The notes under the pieces: model-generated
What the model was told of the DNA's origin: nothing
The model's database searches: none
Seen by the model: the letters and a program-made list of their open reading frames with translations, nothing else
DNA from: the human T2T-CHM13v2.0 reference genome, Homo sapiens
Strand: one strand, 5' to 3'
Assembly: GCF_009914755.1 (NCBI RefSeq)
Contig: NC_060929.1
Length of the DNA stretch: 64,000 nucleotides
Shown: positions 15,958-31,800 of the stretch, in pieces
How positions within the stretch are numbered: position 1 is the first letter of the stretch
Layout: each line of letters opens with the position of its first letter
Made by a program: the position numbers and the translations under genes

Positions 15958-16282
<325 letters not shown>

Positions 16283-16495
16283 AAAATATTTTAACCTGAA
16301 TTTTTGGTGTTTGAAGAGTGGTTTTGAGCGATCTACACGCTGTTAGATTTAGATTTTGCTGCATAGAACAGAAAACCTAAAACTAAAATGGCTTACGTGA
16401 GAGAAAAGGTTAACTCTTCATATGTTAAATTCCAGAAATGGGTTCTAGGGCTGATCTGGTAGTTGAGGGGTGTGATCAAGTTTCCAGATTTCAGA

Positions 16496-16834
16496 TATCC
16501 AAAATACCCTGATTTTATCATTACACATTGTATACAAATATCAAAATATCACATGTACCCCCAAAATATATAATGTGATTATATGTCAATACAAAACCAT
16601 TAAATATCCCAAATACCCCGATTTTATCATTACACATTGTATACAAGTATCAAAATATCACATGTACCCCCAAAATACATAAAATGGTTATACATCAATA
16701 CAAAAGCATTAAACATCCCAAATACCCTGATTTTATTATTACACATTGTATACAAGTATCAACATATCACATGTACCCCTAAAATATATAAAATGATTTT
16801 ACATCAATACAAAACCATTAAATATATGTTAAAA
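16496..16834 (+). repeat. Three tandem 109-bp copies of an L1M 3' terminus, inside an old MLT1-like LTR
   Basis: aaataccc..gattttatcattacacattgtatacaa.tatcaaaatatcacatgtacccc at 16502, 16611 and 16720. Flanked by agatttcaga at 16486 and 16835. Confidence 0.88.
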
Positions 16835-17099
16835 AGATTTCAGACTCATCTCTCAGCTCTTCCTTCCACAGTGTTGGTTTCTGTGGAAGGGTCCAAACAG
16901 CGGCTGGAGCTCCAACTGTCTTTGTCTAGCAGCAGGAGGAGGTAGGGAAGAACAAAAGCTTTCTCAGAAGGCCATGCAGTATTTCAGCTCATATTTTGTT
17001 TTCTAGCACCTAGCAGTGGAGTTATGAACATATTTTAGTGGAACATATTTAGTGGAACATAAGCATTGGATGTGAGGGTAGCGGTGGTGGTGGTGAAAG

Positions 17100-17420
17100 T
17101 TGGTCCAGAAAGACTCCCACATTTCTGGCTGGGCGATGGGGTGGATGTGGTTCTAATCTCTTGGGAGGGAGCAGAGGAGAAAGAAGGTTCGGGTAGGTGA
17201 GAAAGGTAGTGATGAGCTCACTTGGGGAAATGTTGAGTTTGAAGGACATCCTGTTGGGTCAGTTGTAGACCACTATGTGCATGAGTCTGAAGCTCAAGAA
17301 ATAATCTAGTGGGCGCTAGAGTGTAGACAAAGAATCCTCAGTATCCCAGAGGGCTTTCAAAACCCTTCAACTGGATGGGTCTCCCAGCAAGTGCACCAAG
17401 ACTGAATTGGTGAGCGCCAA
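17100..17420 (-). mobile_element. L2 fragment
   Basis: gagctcacttggggaaatgttgagtttgaagg is a typical antisense L2 ORF2 remnant. Confidence 0.6.
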
Positions 17421-17739
17421 GGATGACAGCCCCTTGAACCTTTGGAGGAAGTCATGGACAGAGGGCAGAGGAGAGGAGCTTAGGTTGGGACTTGGAGATG
17501 AGAAAGCTAGGTCTAGGGAGAATTAAAGGGAAGCTGTGACTGGGGAGTAAGCTCATGATAAGAAACAGCTGTGTTTTCTTTAGCTTCATTTTTGCCATTC
17601 GGCTATTATTTTTTGGTATTATGGAAACATCGCAAACATGAACATTCTAACTTTAGAGGTGGGCAGGCAGGAGATAATCAGAAGGGCGCCACAAGACCAT
17701 GTAATCTGCTCAAGAGGGAGCATTTAAGTCTTTATTGTC

Positions 17740-17880
17740 TTATTTAATTTTTATAAATCCCCTCTCATGTAAAGGTATTATTATCCCTATTTTGTACTTG
17801 TGTAAAAACAGGCTCAGAGGTTAGGTTACTTGCTGTGTGCCATGCAGCAGAAAGGGATGGAACTCTTGCTTGACACCCAA
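17740..17880 (-). mobile_element. MIR
   Basis: attattatccctatttt...aggctcagaggttaggttacttgc core. Confidence 0.65.
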
Positions 17881-18230
17881 GCACGTTTTTTGGAGATGTT
17901 CTCTGTGGATGTTGTGCCTTGGCACCACACCTCCTGGGGAGTTTAACCTGTGTGTCCAGAGTTTTTGACCTGGTACGTGCTGTGTAGCAACCTGTCTCTT
18001 TGCTCTCAGGCAGAATACATAGAAGAAGGAATTAGAGTTAAGAAACAAAAAGACTATCTTGTTTCCCAATCTTAAAAAGTTCCCAAGTGACATTGTTTTT
18101 CACTGATAATATTGTTGCAAACCAAAAAGTTCCTGATTAATCTTTGCAATATCCTTTAGACCTGAATCACACTCTCATCTGATCATAGGAACTGAGTCAC
18201 TAGTGAAGTACCTTCATCTAAGACTCTGGG

Positions 18231-18394
18231 CAGGGGTCAGTCAAGTTTTTCTTAAAGGGCCAGATAATAATAAATACTTTAGACTTTCCCAGCCATGCAG
18301 TTTCTGTTGCAGCTCCTCAACTCTGCTCTTGAGTGTGAAAGCACTTGCTGATAATAGGTCAATGAATGGCCATGGCTGTGTTCCAATAAAACTT
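18231..18394 (+). mobile_element. MER58A-like hAT fossil
   Basis: caggggtcag...aaagggccagata...ggctgtgttccaataaaactt. Confidence 0.8.
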
Positions 18395-18553
18395 CAGGTA
18401 GCCCAGTATACTCACCTCTCCTCTAGAAGAAAAGACGAATTCTAGAATTTCTAGCTCATAATCTGGCAAGTAAAATCATCTGACAAAATCATAAAATAAT
18501 CAATTGGTTTTTTTTTCATTATTTTCAAAGTTCAAAATATTTAGTTACTTTAA

Positions 18554-18891
<338 letters not shown>

Positions 18892-21800
18892 TATAATGAT
18901 CTTTTACAAGTGTAATGATGGTTTTAGGAGAACAGATGCACAGTATGACATTAGATTCCCCACTTTCTTCTCTATTTTGTTTCTTTCTGTGTAGTCTTGC
19001 TGGAATTCTGATTAATCATGGTCCTTCCCAATCTCTCAGAATGACCCATATCTTTCAGAACTATTGTCTTAATCATGAAGACCCTCAATTACCAAATTGA
19101 GAAGTTTATGTTGCTTTGACCACCATCTGTGTGCATCCCGATACCTGGGGTTACAGACTGGAATCTGTGATCAAGGGAGAGCGTGGATACTTGCTTTATT
19201 AACAAATTTACGTGTGTTTTACTCACCAGTGATGAGAAGACCACCGACACATTCAGGAGGCTTTATGGAACAGAGAAATCCTTCAACATTAATTACTGTA
19301 TCTAGTGTTTTTTTTTGTTTTATGCAAAAGATGTACGTAGCTATTTTGGAAAAGCATTATAAGTAGAACTTGCATGTTGATAGCTTTAGGATGTGTTCAG
19401 ATTACAAATCTCCATTTGTACTATACTTGAGTTTTTGGTAATTTGAACTAGACTAGATCTTTAAGGGAAAAAATATATATATATTTTTTCTCAGAGAACA
19501 AACCAGGAAAACTTTAGCATCTTGAAGGTAAATTAGTGTTGATTATGACAAGTGAGAATAATTAATTTGCAAATAGTCATAAGCAGATTATCTTCTTTTT
19601 AGCAGTTAGTTCTCATTTATTTGTAATTGAAAAAACAAATATCTGCTAACATAATTGTAATTCATCTTTTGTGTTCATTTTTAAAGTGCCTGTTCCTTTC
19701 CAGACAAGCTGCACTCATGCATGGCAGTGTTACAAGGGTGGGCTTGTAGACTGAGTTTGGGAAGTGCTATGAATCTACTAGGATCACCTATCACAATCAA
19801 GATTCCATAATTCCAAGTAAAGGAAGATGCTTTTGCCTGACTTAGATGATGGTTCGGATTCTAGTGTAGTTTTTTTTGGAAATGCAGTTCTGTCACTTTC
19901 ACAGCTATGTTACCAATGAAATAAGTCTGTGTGAATAAGTAAAGGGAGGTAAGTTGATAAAAGCATTCAGTTTGCAACGGATCTGCAGTGCATCATGGTG
20001 CTCAATACAGTTTTTGAATAATCACATTTATTTATCAGATTTTAATTGGAGAAGATTTGCAGATCCCACCTTTGAATCATTACAAAGTATGAATCCTGTC
20101 ATCTAGAATACTGAAATTTAGTATGTACCATGCTTAGGACTGATCCGAAGACATTTTAGGTTTGAATAAGAAAAAAGAGGCAAAGAGGCCCAATATAAAA
20201 ACAGAGAGAATAAATCTTAAAGCACCATCTATGTTGGATATCCTTATTGCAAGAGATCCCACATTGGACAGACGATTTCAGTTGACACCAAAGGAAGTGA
20301 GAATTTTCTGAGACTGACGGGTATCTTGGTAAATGTTCCCTCTTTGCAGGTGGTCGTAGATAATTTCAATTCACCCTCTGCTTTCTTCGAACTGACGAAG
20401 GTGTAGCTTTGATATTTTCCCCTCTTCATGTTACATGATCATTTATTCTAACTGGCAACATTTTATTTATTTATTTATTTGGACCCATTGTTCCAAACAT
20501 GTAAAAGATTTGGACCTGCAAATCTTTCTATGTTAGTATTTATTGTATTAGTGTTTGAGATACCTGGAATTTTGGAGATGAAGTGACTCAATCCATTTAT
20601 TTTCTAGAAGAAATCTTAGAGATGTGAGGGACAGGTGTAGATTCACAAGAGCTAGGACATGCTGTTCTAACAAAAATCCTCCTTCCCTTTGGTTCAATTT
20701 TTAATCTATTTTAGGTCCTTCCATTTCACATTAATGACATAGTAATCTACCCACTTAAAACTATAATAAGTTCACTAGGTTTTTTTTTCCCATTAAAACA
20801 GACTCATGAGTCATAGTTTACTATTACTTTCCAAGCTTTTATTCTGTATTTTCCTTAACATCTGAGAATCATGTGGAATCTGTGGTACCTGTGCTAATCT
20901 GAAGCCACTATGTATTTTGAAACCTCTTGCCCCACGTTGGATGCCTGGTGTCGATCAGGAAGTGTTGCAACGTGTAACACATCACTCACCACTCTTGACG
21001 GTGTTACAGGGTAGGAAGTTGTAGAGATGCAAGGCTGACTGTGGACGTAAATAATAGAACATTCAGAATCATCACTGAGGCAGAGTTTTGCCAGCTTGTA
21101 TAAATCAGGTAAATTTGCTCATGTTAAACTCTTTCACTTCCACCTTCTGTTTCAAGTTGACAATGTTTGCATTTGACTCCTATTAAGACACTATGCCTTT
21201 CCTCAAACATATCTGTTGCAATTTCATGATTTCTTAAGACTAATGCTGTCACCAGTATATTTCATTTAGCAACGTCCTGCACACCAGAGTAGGTTTCTAG
21301 ATAGGGAACTCAAGATACTCACATGAAGGAGGCATGGGCTGAGTGTGTAGGGTAGAAACTTGGTCTTTGAATCAGAAGGAATTTGCACCCAGCTGAGGGA
21401 ATCTTGAGGTGTCCTCTTGTTGACATCTGAGGTTTCACATGCTCTTCATTTGTCTGGTATCTGCATGACTTGCCTGCACCCCACTTTTTTGCAGCTTCCA
21501 CCTTGGCCCATATCTCAGAGCACAAACAATTTGAAGGACATTCCAAGGTGAATCCAGAAAACTACATTAGGAAAGATTTAGGAGCCTGCCTAGTTCTTTT
21601 CTACTCTAACTCTTGTGGAATAGATTGATTTTTCTGTTGTAGTTTATTTGTTAAAATTGTTTAAGGCCACACTGTCAGAATTTAGCTCACAGGCTAGCAT
21701 CGGCTCTGCTACCTTTGACCCTTTTAAGAGTCATAGTTTTCCTATGATGTAGAATGGAAAGATCTATGGGCAGTCAGGGTCGACCTTTGGGTGCCCTGCT

Positions 21801-24405
21801 TCTAGTGCAGTGCCTGGATGTTTGTGTCATTTCTCAAATAAATAAGTGAATTTGAGTGCTCAATAGAATCTAGTTGTGTGTATACATTATTACTGCACGT
21901 TTGTGCAAAAACTAAAAATTATAGACATAAAGGATACAATTCTAGTCATTTATATTACAAATGAAATAACCAACCCTGGGAGGTTAACAGTGGCTTGTTT
22001 AATGTCAGCAGCTAGTTTAGTGGCTGTAACGAGACTGAATCCCAAGTTGAACAGAAATCGTTTAAAAATTCAAGTTTTAAAAATCAAGTACAATGAATGA
22101 TATTGGCTGCTTTTCTAAGGAGAGTGATTCTCTAAGCCTATAGGAAAAAAATACTGGTGGCTGACTTGTGGCCTTAATTGCATGCTAAGGTTGAGGAAGG
22201 ATCTCCAGTAATTCTTTGCTTTACTTTGTGTTTGAATATAGGATTTTATAGCTGTGGGTGGAAAAAAAAATATTTCTAGGGAAAAGGTTTCCTGATAATT
22301 TAACTGAACCCCAAACAAGTGAACTGGGTGAAACAGAATATGGCACATGGTCCTTTATCACAACCTTTCTACCTAACCTAAAGCCAGTAAGATGGAAATA
22401 GTTTGGAAAAGACACTATCTGCTGAGGTTGCTTTAAATAGAGTCTCTCCTGGGACTTAGAACACATTTTGAGGCTCATTCTCCCTTTTGATAGTTTCTTG
22501 GAGACATTTTTCTGTATATACTGGATGCAGGCATTTGTATTCCTGGATGGCATTCATCTTTTACCAGTGTGAGGAGGCTGTTTTTATCATTGTGAGATTT
22601 ATTAACATTTACTTGCTCTTAGAATCTACAGATTATATAACAGATATTGCAGGCTATAACCTAGAATTTAAATATTAAAAAGAGTGATTAAAAAACAAAA
22701 CAAAAAAAGAAGAGTGATTCTTTTTGTTATAATTGAATCAATTCCTATTGTTTACCTGTGTTGAATACAGTAATTGGTCCCACCGATCTTTTACTTAATC
22801 TTGAAATTCAGAGTTACTCTCTATTCTACATGAATGGAGCTGGGAAATGGTTTTAGGTAAATGAAGGTAAAATGTACTGAATACCTACTGTGTGTAGTGA
22901 GCTGAACTATATCCTTTACTGCAAATATTCCATTTAATGCTAACAACCACCTCCCCTTCTATTTTCTTCTGTAGGCAAAGGTTGAGTTCACTGAGGCTGA
23001 CTCCCTGCCCCAGGTCACATAGCTGAACGTGGTCTCTCATCCCCTTGCCTATGTGCTTTTTTTCACAGAGTATATTGGATTGAGATCCAAAACTTATTGG
23101 CAAGCCATCAAAGTTCCGCTTGAACTAAAAGAGGAAAACCTGTTTTCTGAAATGTGAACTTTAATTACATAAAATGGAGGCTTCTGAAAACAGTATTGTC
23201 TCACAGGGCAGGCTATAAACCTTGAACAATGGAAGCTTCATGTTGTGTAAGAAAGGAGCTTACAGAGCCAAACAGCACCGTTCCTGTGTTTCCCCTGCCA
23301 GTGACAGGAGCATCTGGGGTAGCAAGGGGACTGCCCAGGGCCTGGTGTTATCATCAGGGGTTCTTGAAATTGCTCACACTGCTCTTGCTTTTCCATACAG
23401 GCTGCTTATATCTTGCCTCCTCTGGCTAAACTGTGGTACTAACAAGACGGCAGTTGGCTGCTGGGGAAATTCTGATAGGGAGAGTAGGTCTGGGTCATTC
23501 TAATTTATTTGTGGCTCTGGTAGCAAAGAGAACTCAAAGGCAGTATATCTCTATAGCTGATGAGATTTCACTGGGGCCGACACCACCTGTTCTGTGCACA
23601 CTCACTTCTCGGTTAGACCTGGCTAGGTTTTCTGCTGTGCTTGTTTTTAGCTTTGTAACCAGCAGTAATCACATTGGTCTTTGGGATTTTCATGTTTCAG
23701 GTTTTACAGATGATGCAAAAGCATTAGTTTTCAAAGTCACTGCAAATGCTATGTATATGTATTTCTCAACATGCAGCCCCTGCACTACTTGTTTTGGTGT
23801 TACCTGGTCAACTTGGTAGAAAATAGATTCTTGGGACTCATGCTGAGCCCACTAATTAATTATCTTGGGAAAGAGATAACACTCCCCCCACCTATATTTT
23901 TAACAAGCTTCTCAGATGATTCCTGTTTACATAAATTTCACTCCCAATATTAGACACGTTATACAGAAACATTGGCAAATAAGAGGTTGAAGTGACTTTG
24001 TTCTGAGTCACATCATGAGTAAGGGGCAGTTGGTATTGAATTCTAGTTTGTGTTTCATCCCCAAGTCTGGGGATGAAATGCATCGTCTCTGGAATTCCAT
24101 GGCTGGGGACAAATACCCTCTGTTATGTTTTTAAATGTCACAGCCCTCTGGGATTCACACCTTGGGTGTTGCCTTGTGGCTCAGTGCCTGGTTTTTTAGG
24201 TAGCTAAAGGGCTCAAATTTGAAGAAGGCAAAAGTGTGGAGCAGAAAGTGAGCATGGACAATTTGGGGTGAAGCATTTGCTTGAGAAATCTGGGGAGATA
24301 CATTTGAATTTATAAGGAGGGACCAGATGACAAATGTCATTGAAAGTCACACTATGCTGTTTGAACTCAACATGGCAGTAGAATCTGGAAATGGCACACT
24401 GCATA

Positions 24406-24781
24406 TGTATTAGTCCATTTTCATGCTGCTGATAAAGATAAACCCGAGACTGGGCAATTTACAAAAGAAAGAGGTTTATTGGACTTATAGTTCCACATGG
24501 CTAGGGAGGCCTCACAATCATGGGGGAAGGTGAAAGGCAAGGATGAGCAAGTCATGTCTTACATGGATGGTGGCAGGCAAAAAGAGAACTTGTGCAGGGA
24601 AACTCCTGTTTTTAAAACCATCAACTCTCGTGAGACTCATTCACCACCACAAAAACAGTGCAGGAAAGACCTGCCCCCATAATTTAATCACCTCCCACGG
24701 GGTTCCTCCCAGTACACACGGGAATTGTGGGAGTTACAATTCAAGATGAGATTTGGGTGGGGACACAGCCAAACCATATCA
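24406..24781 (-). mobile_element. Solo THE1 LTR (ERVL-MaLR)
   Basis: TGtattagtcc...gccaaaccatatCA with a perfect 5-bp TSD, GCATA, on both sides. Confidence 0.95.
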
Positions 24782-26277
24782 GCATAGTATTCATCTTTGG
24801 ATTGAATACATTATTTTATTAATTTGGCAAACATTTACCAAACCCCTGTTAGTGCTGAACATGACAAAGGAAAAAGCAAATTCTTTGTTTAGTATGTCAA
24901 GGACATACATAAAGGATTTTAGATGGTTTTCACTGAAAATCATTAAAATATGAAATAGCATTAGGACTGAAAATACTACATTTGCTGTTGGTGCCAAAAA
25001 AAATTGATACATGAAAATGTCAATATGTAAGAATTTTAGGTGGTCGTGAAAAGTGTGAACCAGCCCTTTATTTTTGGAGACAGGAACTACTGGAAATAAA
25101 TTGCAGTTATTTCTGGAGTAGGCAGGCTTCCCCTCTTCTCCCTAATCACCAGCCTGTCTTTGTCAGGTGGCCACATTGATCGAGCCTGTCATGGCTCCAA
25201 GCCCATCATGGTCTGTCTAGTCCATTAAGAAGCAGCAGAAATATCTCAGCTGCTCTAAGTGTTTTCCTTGTGCCTTATTTTGAGCTCTGTTTGGAGAATT
25301 CTAAATTAGTTGTGGTGATATGATCTATTAGTTTCCTGGTCTATGGAAGAGAGAAATGGTACAGAAATGATCTCTGCAGTTTGCATTTCCTGAGCGGGTT
25401 GTGGTTCACTTACTCCCTTTATTGACCAAAAGAGCAGGTGATTCATGTAAAATCATATGTTAGGCTGCAATAACTGGGGCTTTTGAAAGGACCACCCGTT
25501 AAGTGCAAATAAATAACAATGTGAACACACAGCAGACTCTAAAAAGCATATTAGACTATTGACGAGAATGAATAATGCATGTTTCCTGATAGTGTTTGCT
25601 ACATGTGGCAGGATGTATTAAAAAAGAAGAAAAAACCTTCTGCATTAGTGTCTATACAGTCAACCTTTACATTCAAGGAGAAGCTTAACTATTATCTGCC
25701 ACCTTTATAGAAGCATTATCAAGTCAGGGTTTTATGGTTAAATCTTGTAGAATCAATTGGGAGATTCACCTTTAAAAATTGGTCTCTACAATATGCACAT
25801 AGTAACAAAAGAAAAAAAAATCTTGACAATATCATTGTAGTGATTTCTGCATTCTGGTCTTTAATTATGTGCTGAGTCCCGGTGGCAGAGAGTTTGTGAT
25901 CATGGATGGCGCCTGGAACTTGACCGCATTTCATTTAATGCAACGGAAATTTCAGTTACAATTTAGTTTATTGATTTTTTTCTACTGCTGGTGAAAGGTA
26001 AGTTACATAACCCAACTTCTAGTCAGGGACTCTTCCATCTTACAGTTCATAATTTGCAAATTAGATGTTCCCGTCTGTAGTGAGTCTGTGATGTTTATCT
26101 AGTACCCATTGTGCACGAACAACCACAAAGCAAAATCTTTGTTCTGAAGCCTCAGATTGATGTTGAATAAATATTGAAGAAACGCCCTAGGTCAAGATTC
26201 AAGTGAAGTCAGGCAAGCCTATTTTACTGCTAAAACTTTGAACGCAATCCAACAATATAAAAGGGTTAAGCAGGCCT

Positions 26278-26405
26278 GGCCTGGTGGTGGCTAACACCTG
26301 TAATCCCAGCACTTTGGGAGACCAGGGTGGGAGGATTGATTGCTTGAGCTCAGGAGTTAAAGACTAGCCTGGGAAATATAGTGAGACTCCCATCTCTAAA
26401 AATTT
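26278..26405 (+). mobile_element. FLAM/Alu monomer
   Basis: Single left-arm-like monomer ending catctctaaaaa. Confidence 0.8.
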
Positions 26406-27719
26406 TTTAAAAATCTATTTTATAAATAAAATGTAAAAGGCTTAGGCAATGATGATTTAGATAAATGACCAAAGATGGATGGTTTATCTAAAGACCAAGA
26501 CCAGATTGCACAGTAAGGACACAATAAGAAGTTCTTAAGAATTAAGGTTCGTTTTTTTACATTTATGTAGGGAATACACATGTGGATGCTGACTGTGCAT
26601 TTCCTTATCTCAGAAGCTCCTAAAACCATTTATAATGTAGCAAGCCTGTTTGCTTTACTTTTGCATACCGGTTGTTTCACACAATAAGACCTCTCCAGGT
26701 TTAGTGGTCACTGTGGCAGTTCTTCAGCATTTTAGTTGTTGAAATGTCTGTCCCTTTCCCAGTACTTAAGAAATCCTAAGTGTTGTAATACGAGAGTACT
26801 ATGAAGGTAAATGACTGCAGAATGAAATACTGTAAGGTAAAGGACTATTTCAAAGAGACATGATCTAACGTTTACTATGTGGAGATCTTGTGGAGCCATT
26901 ACTCTGGAATAATTCAGATTTAACCATATTCATGTAAAAGAGAGCATGTTGAGTTGGAATAACCATCAGATTTGGAATTTATCTCATTGGCTTCTCTCCC
27001 CGCCACCGTCTGCATAACAAAGTGTTCCACTTCAGCAAACATCTGGACTTAACTTTCTGAATCTCCCAGAACTTTGCGCTGTCAAGATTCCTCCCTCAAC
27101 TTTCCACTTTAGTTTTGATTTTTATCCTTTGTCTCATCCTATCTTCCCATAGATATTTTCAGTTCTTGCAAATCCTTGTAAACAAATAAAAGTCTTGCCA
27201 AAATTGCACGTTTCTGCCGTTACCAACACTCTCTGGTATTGACCATTGTGGCTTTCTCTTCTGGCGCCTCATGTGCTCTGTGAGCCCTTTCAAAGAGGCA
27301 GGTGTCTTCACTCCTTTATCGAAGTGACTCTAGGGTCCGTTGTTGACAGCCCATCACCGGATCAATTTGCGCCATCTCTTCTTATCTTTTGTAACCTTTT
27401 TGTAGCAGCATATGCCTCCTCCAAGCTGCTTTGTAAAATTTTCTCTTTTGATTTTTTGAGACATCATCTTTTCCTTTCTAACTCCTACAAGAGCTGTTTT
27501 TCTGCTTTCTGTCATCTAAGTAATTTTCCCTATTAGGCAACCTTTATAGATTTAGAGTCCATCTTTTCTCACTCCAAGTATCTGAGAGTCCTCTCCTTCC
27601 TCTTAAATATCAATAGGGTTTTCTAATAATCTCAACTGGACATTTCCTCTTTGTTCCCTTTGACATAAACACTTTGCATTTACCCATCCTCATCTGTAGA
27701 AAGCTTATTTGTTCTTCAG

Positions 27720-27960
27720 GGCAACTTATCATGATGGCTAAGAAACCTTAACGTTAACCTGGTTGAGTGAGCCAGAGTGCCTGCATTCACCTCACACCTC
27801 CACAAATAACTGGTTGGTTGATCTTGGGCAAGTTATTTATCTCCTATGTGTCTTTGTTTCCTCATGCTAAAGTGGGGATAGTAATAATTCCTCCCTCGTA
27901 GAACTGATGAGATAGCTAATGAGTTGATATGTGTAAAGATAAGTATCAAAACAGTCTTAT
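27720..27960 (+). mobile_element. MIR
   Basis: atcttgggcaagttatttatctc...tttcctcat...ggggatagtaata core. Confidence 0.7.
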
Positions 27961-28220
27961 GCTGAGTGTATATGAATAAGTATTTTTTATATTTCTACTG
28001 TCTCAGACTCTACCTTCTCTATAAATCTTTCTGATCCTGATCTCAACTAATCGTCATCTCTTCTGGTGAAACTATTGCTTTTCCTTCTCTTGATAACGTT
28101 TGACTTACTCTCATTTATATTTTAATTGTCTTCATATGTCTTCTCCCTCTTGCTAGACTAGGCTCTTCACTCACTTATGTTCCCTGTCACGTCTTACACC
28201 TAAAGATATTTCCTCACTAA

Positions 28221-28528
<308 letters not shown>

Positions 28529-28680
28529 CTAATCAAATCTATTTTTCTAGACTAATTCTGAACATCAGAAGTTCTTGAGATCACTCTGGATGTTGACTTT
28601 TACAAATTATATTGTGACAGAGTCTCATTGTGTATCTTTATGGGGTACAAAGTAGTATTACATTTTTTTTTTAACATTTC

Positions 28681-28815
28681 TTTTCTTTCCTTTTCTAATA
28701 GAGACAGGGTCTCACTATTTTGCCCAGGCTGGTCTCAAACTCCTGGGCTCAAGTGATCCTCTTGCTTCGGCCTCCCAAAGTCCTGGGATTACAGGCATGA
28801 GCCACTGCACCCCAG
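28681..28815 (-). mobile_element. FLAM monomer inside an L1M 3' fragment (~28600-28890)
   Basis: Monomer flanked by tatggggtacaaag...gtattaca / aattaaggtaatgaacat...cacctcagata, which are L1 remnants. Confidence 0.75.
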
Positions 28816-31800
28816 CTGGTATTACAATTTTTGAATAAAATGTGGTAAGATAAAATTAAGGTAATGAACATTGCTCACCTCAGATATTTATGCATTTTGG
28901 ATTTTTGATGAGAGATCCCCAAAGACCCTGTGCCAGTGCATCTGTAGGACTAGACTGGGCTTCATGAAGAATAATGGAGGCGTTTCTTGTGATTAATCTT
29001 CTTTTGTATTAGGGACTTTCTGACTTTGTAGATCCAACTCATCTGGATCACCTCTTTGGGAAAATTTGGTTGTAGAAATGTGAGTGTGTGCTAATCTGTG
29101 TATGTGTACTTTGTTCCCTCAAGTTTGTTGCATATCTTTATCATACTTTTTTACAGTGAGGAACATTTTTATTGTGACAAGGTAATAAATTGTCTCGAAT
29201 GTTTTCTCTAAATTTTTACTCATGATATTTCAAAGGTTTACCTAGAAACTTAGACATGGGTTGGCACCTCTTACGACAGTTTCCTCTCCCCAGAGGACAT
29301 CTGCATCCTCTAAATGATGGGGATGTTATTAGAATTGCTAAATATGAGCCTTGGCTGAATCAGACACCAACAACAATAATTTCAACAATGGAAATTGCCA
29401 CCAGGCACTGAAGACTTGACAAGTCACTGCGACAGAGCACATACTGGTTGGAATACTAAAAATACACATGGGCTGCATTACCTTTATTTCATTTTCCTCT
29501 TTTAGAATAAAAATTTTGACCTTTAAAAGAAAAGGGCCAGTCACTTGTTGAAAATAGAAATTGCTGGACATAAATATTTTAGATTTCTTTCTTCTGACAG
29601 TATTGAAAATACTTTGTATGTGTTGTGCTTTTTTATTGTTTGTAAATTCTTTTCTTTATATAAAAAAGAATTTTTTCCCTCTTATTCCAACATTTGCTTC
29701 AGGTAGGTTTGACCAATATCTTGGATTCTTTCCACTTGTGTAATTATAAACCCAACTTGTTGGTGATGGATTTGCTTGTAGATGCAACTCAGTTGTAACT
29801 TTGTGTTACTTAAAAAAAATTGTTAGTGGATTGGCTGGTGTATAATTCTTGTTAACCTTTGCAGCTCTGAATTAGTAGATGATAGTTGCTTGTCCAAGGG
29901 TACACAGTTAATATGCTGCAGCCACACATTGAACTTTGTCTTGAAACTTTGATTCATTCCCTGCATCTTTGTAAGCAGATATATTTTTTTCTGATTATAA
30001 GATGGAAACAGAATGAAAAGGAGATGACTTCTTGTCTTGATTGCAATGATGAAGCTGCAATCAAACCAGAAATAACACTCCAGTCTCTGACACACATTGT
30101 TGCATATTTATGTTGGGTTTTGCTATAGACTTGGAGCCATCTTCTCCATTGTCATCTGTCTGATCTCATCCTTAATAACTTTATTCCGCTGGTTCTAGAT
30201 GAAATGGTTAATAAATCCAAATTTGCATTTTCAAAGTAGAAACTTTATAGTGGATAGGGCCTTTGTATGATTCAAACTGCCCTATATAGGAAGTGCTTAG
30301 ATATTATAATAATGCAGGGAAAGAAGATATAAATAGGAATGGCATGTAAAGTAGTGAACATAGTAACTTTCAAATCATATGGAGAAATTTGATATCATTT
30401 TCTTATTTTATATGGCAGTTAATGTATGCCAGTGATTCTTATTACATTACAGAACCATGGTATTGTTAATTGACAGAGCAACGTAAATGTAAAAATGTGT
30501 TAATGAAAAATCTAATTGGAGATATCATGGAGCACATGTGGTAATTATGGGAAGGACCCAGTGCATGTAACCCCCTTGGCTTGTGGGTGGATAACTCCTG
30601 GAAATTGTGCATTGTGCAAGGTTGCATTTTCTGAAGAAGGGCAATGGTATATTGGGGGGCTTGCCATTTTTCATCCAAAAACCATATCATGCGAAGACTT
30701 GAATAACATTAAATAATGGATGTAACCAACAAAGTGCTACTGAAATGAAGGTTCAACAGTCCACAAATGGTGAGCCTCTGCATATCAAACCTTCTAAAAT
30801 TAAGTGTATAGGCTGAGATAAACATTAGCATTTCATTACCCATAATTTTGCTTGCCGCCAAAAATGCAGAAGGGCTCTTGAGAGCTATTTGGATGACCCT
30901 GGTCTCTGGAGGGCATCTTTTAGAAACCTGATGGCATGTCATCACTTAGACCTGCCACAAAGCACTGAAATCCTCTTAATGGTGGTAATGATAACACTAT
31001 TGTTTTTCCTACTTGATACTCCTTTTGAGCCAACATTTCTCCCTTTCTTGCTCTCCTATATCCAAACAACCTGTTTAGTAAGTGTTTTATTTAAAGGACT
31101 AAAGAAAGGAAGTAATAAATGATAGTTCTCAGAAACCTCACATTTCATTGCAAAGCTATTAGAACAACTTCCAGCTCAAATGTTAATTAGATACCGTTCT
31201 GATATATAGGGTTGTGTCTTTAAATACTGCAGGAGTCTTGACCCAAACCCAAAGAATGCATAGGCAGCAGGGCTGACCCATGCGTTTTCACTTGGTACCA
31301 GCAAAGGGATTTGAGAACCCTTAGTCACTGCAAGGGGCAGAAGTGTCTTCTATTAAGGACATAATAAGTCCTGCTGAAGACCAGGTCAGCTCAGTAACTC
31401 CAGTCGCCACAGCAGTTGTTGGTCAAATTGGGTTCCTCTGGTAGCACCACAGAGCAAGGGACACTAACCCGTTGGGCTTCCCGATTCATTGCTGTCACTT
31501 TGGGGCAGAATGGAGGTATGATTTAAATCCTACAGTGCGGGATATTTTCACCCTGGTGTGTCTCTGACAGTGTCCTGCTATAGAAGTTTAAGGAACAGTA
31601 TATGTGGCTTCAATTTCCATAAGTTAAAAATGCAGGAAAAAGATTATGTCTGGAGGAGTAGATTTTCAGAAAAAGCGGTTTTAAGGATGATGAAAAGAGA
31701 ATTTATTCAAAATGAGAGGCATTTTTTCTGTTCCTTCGCCACCTCTCCCTCCCTTGCTTGCTCTGTTCTGTCTCCCTCCCTCCTTATTTCATTCTCACTC

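Noticed and set aside
17025-17060. Short tandem gaacatatttagtg repeats
   Set aside because: Ordinary ~14-15 bp slippage duplication with no further structure.
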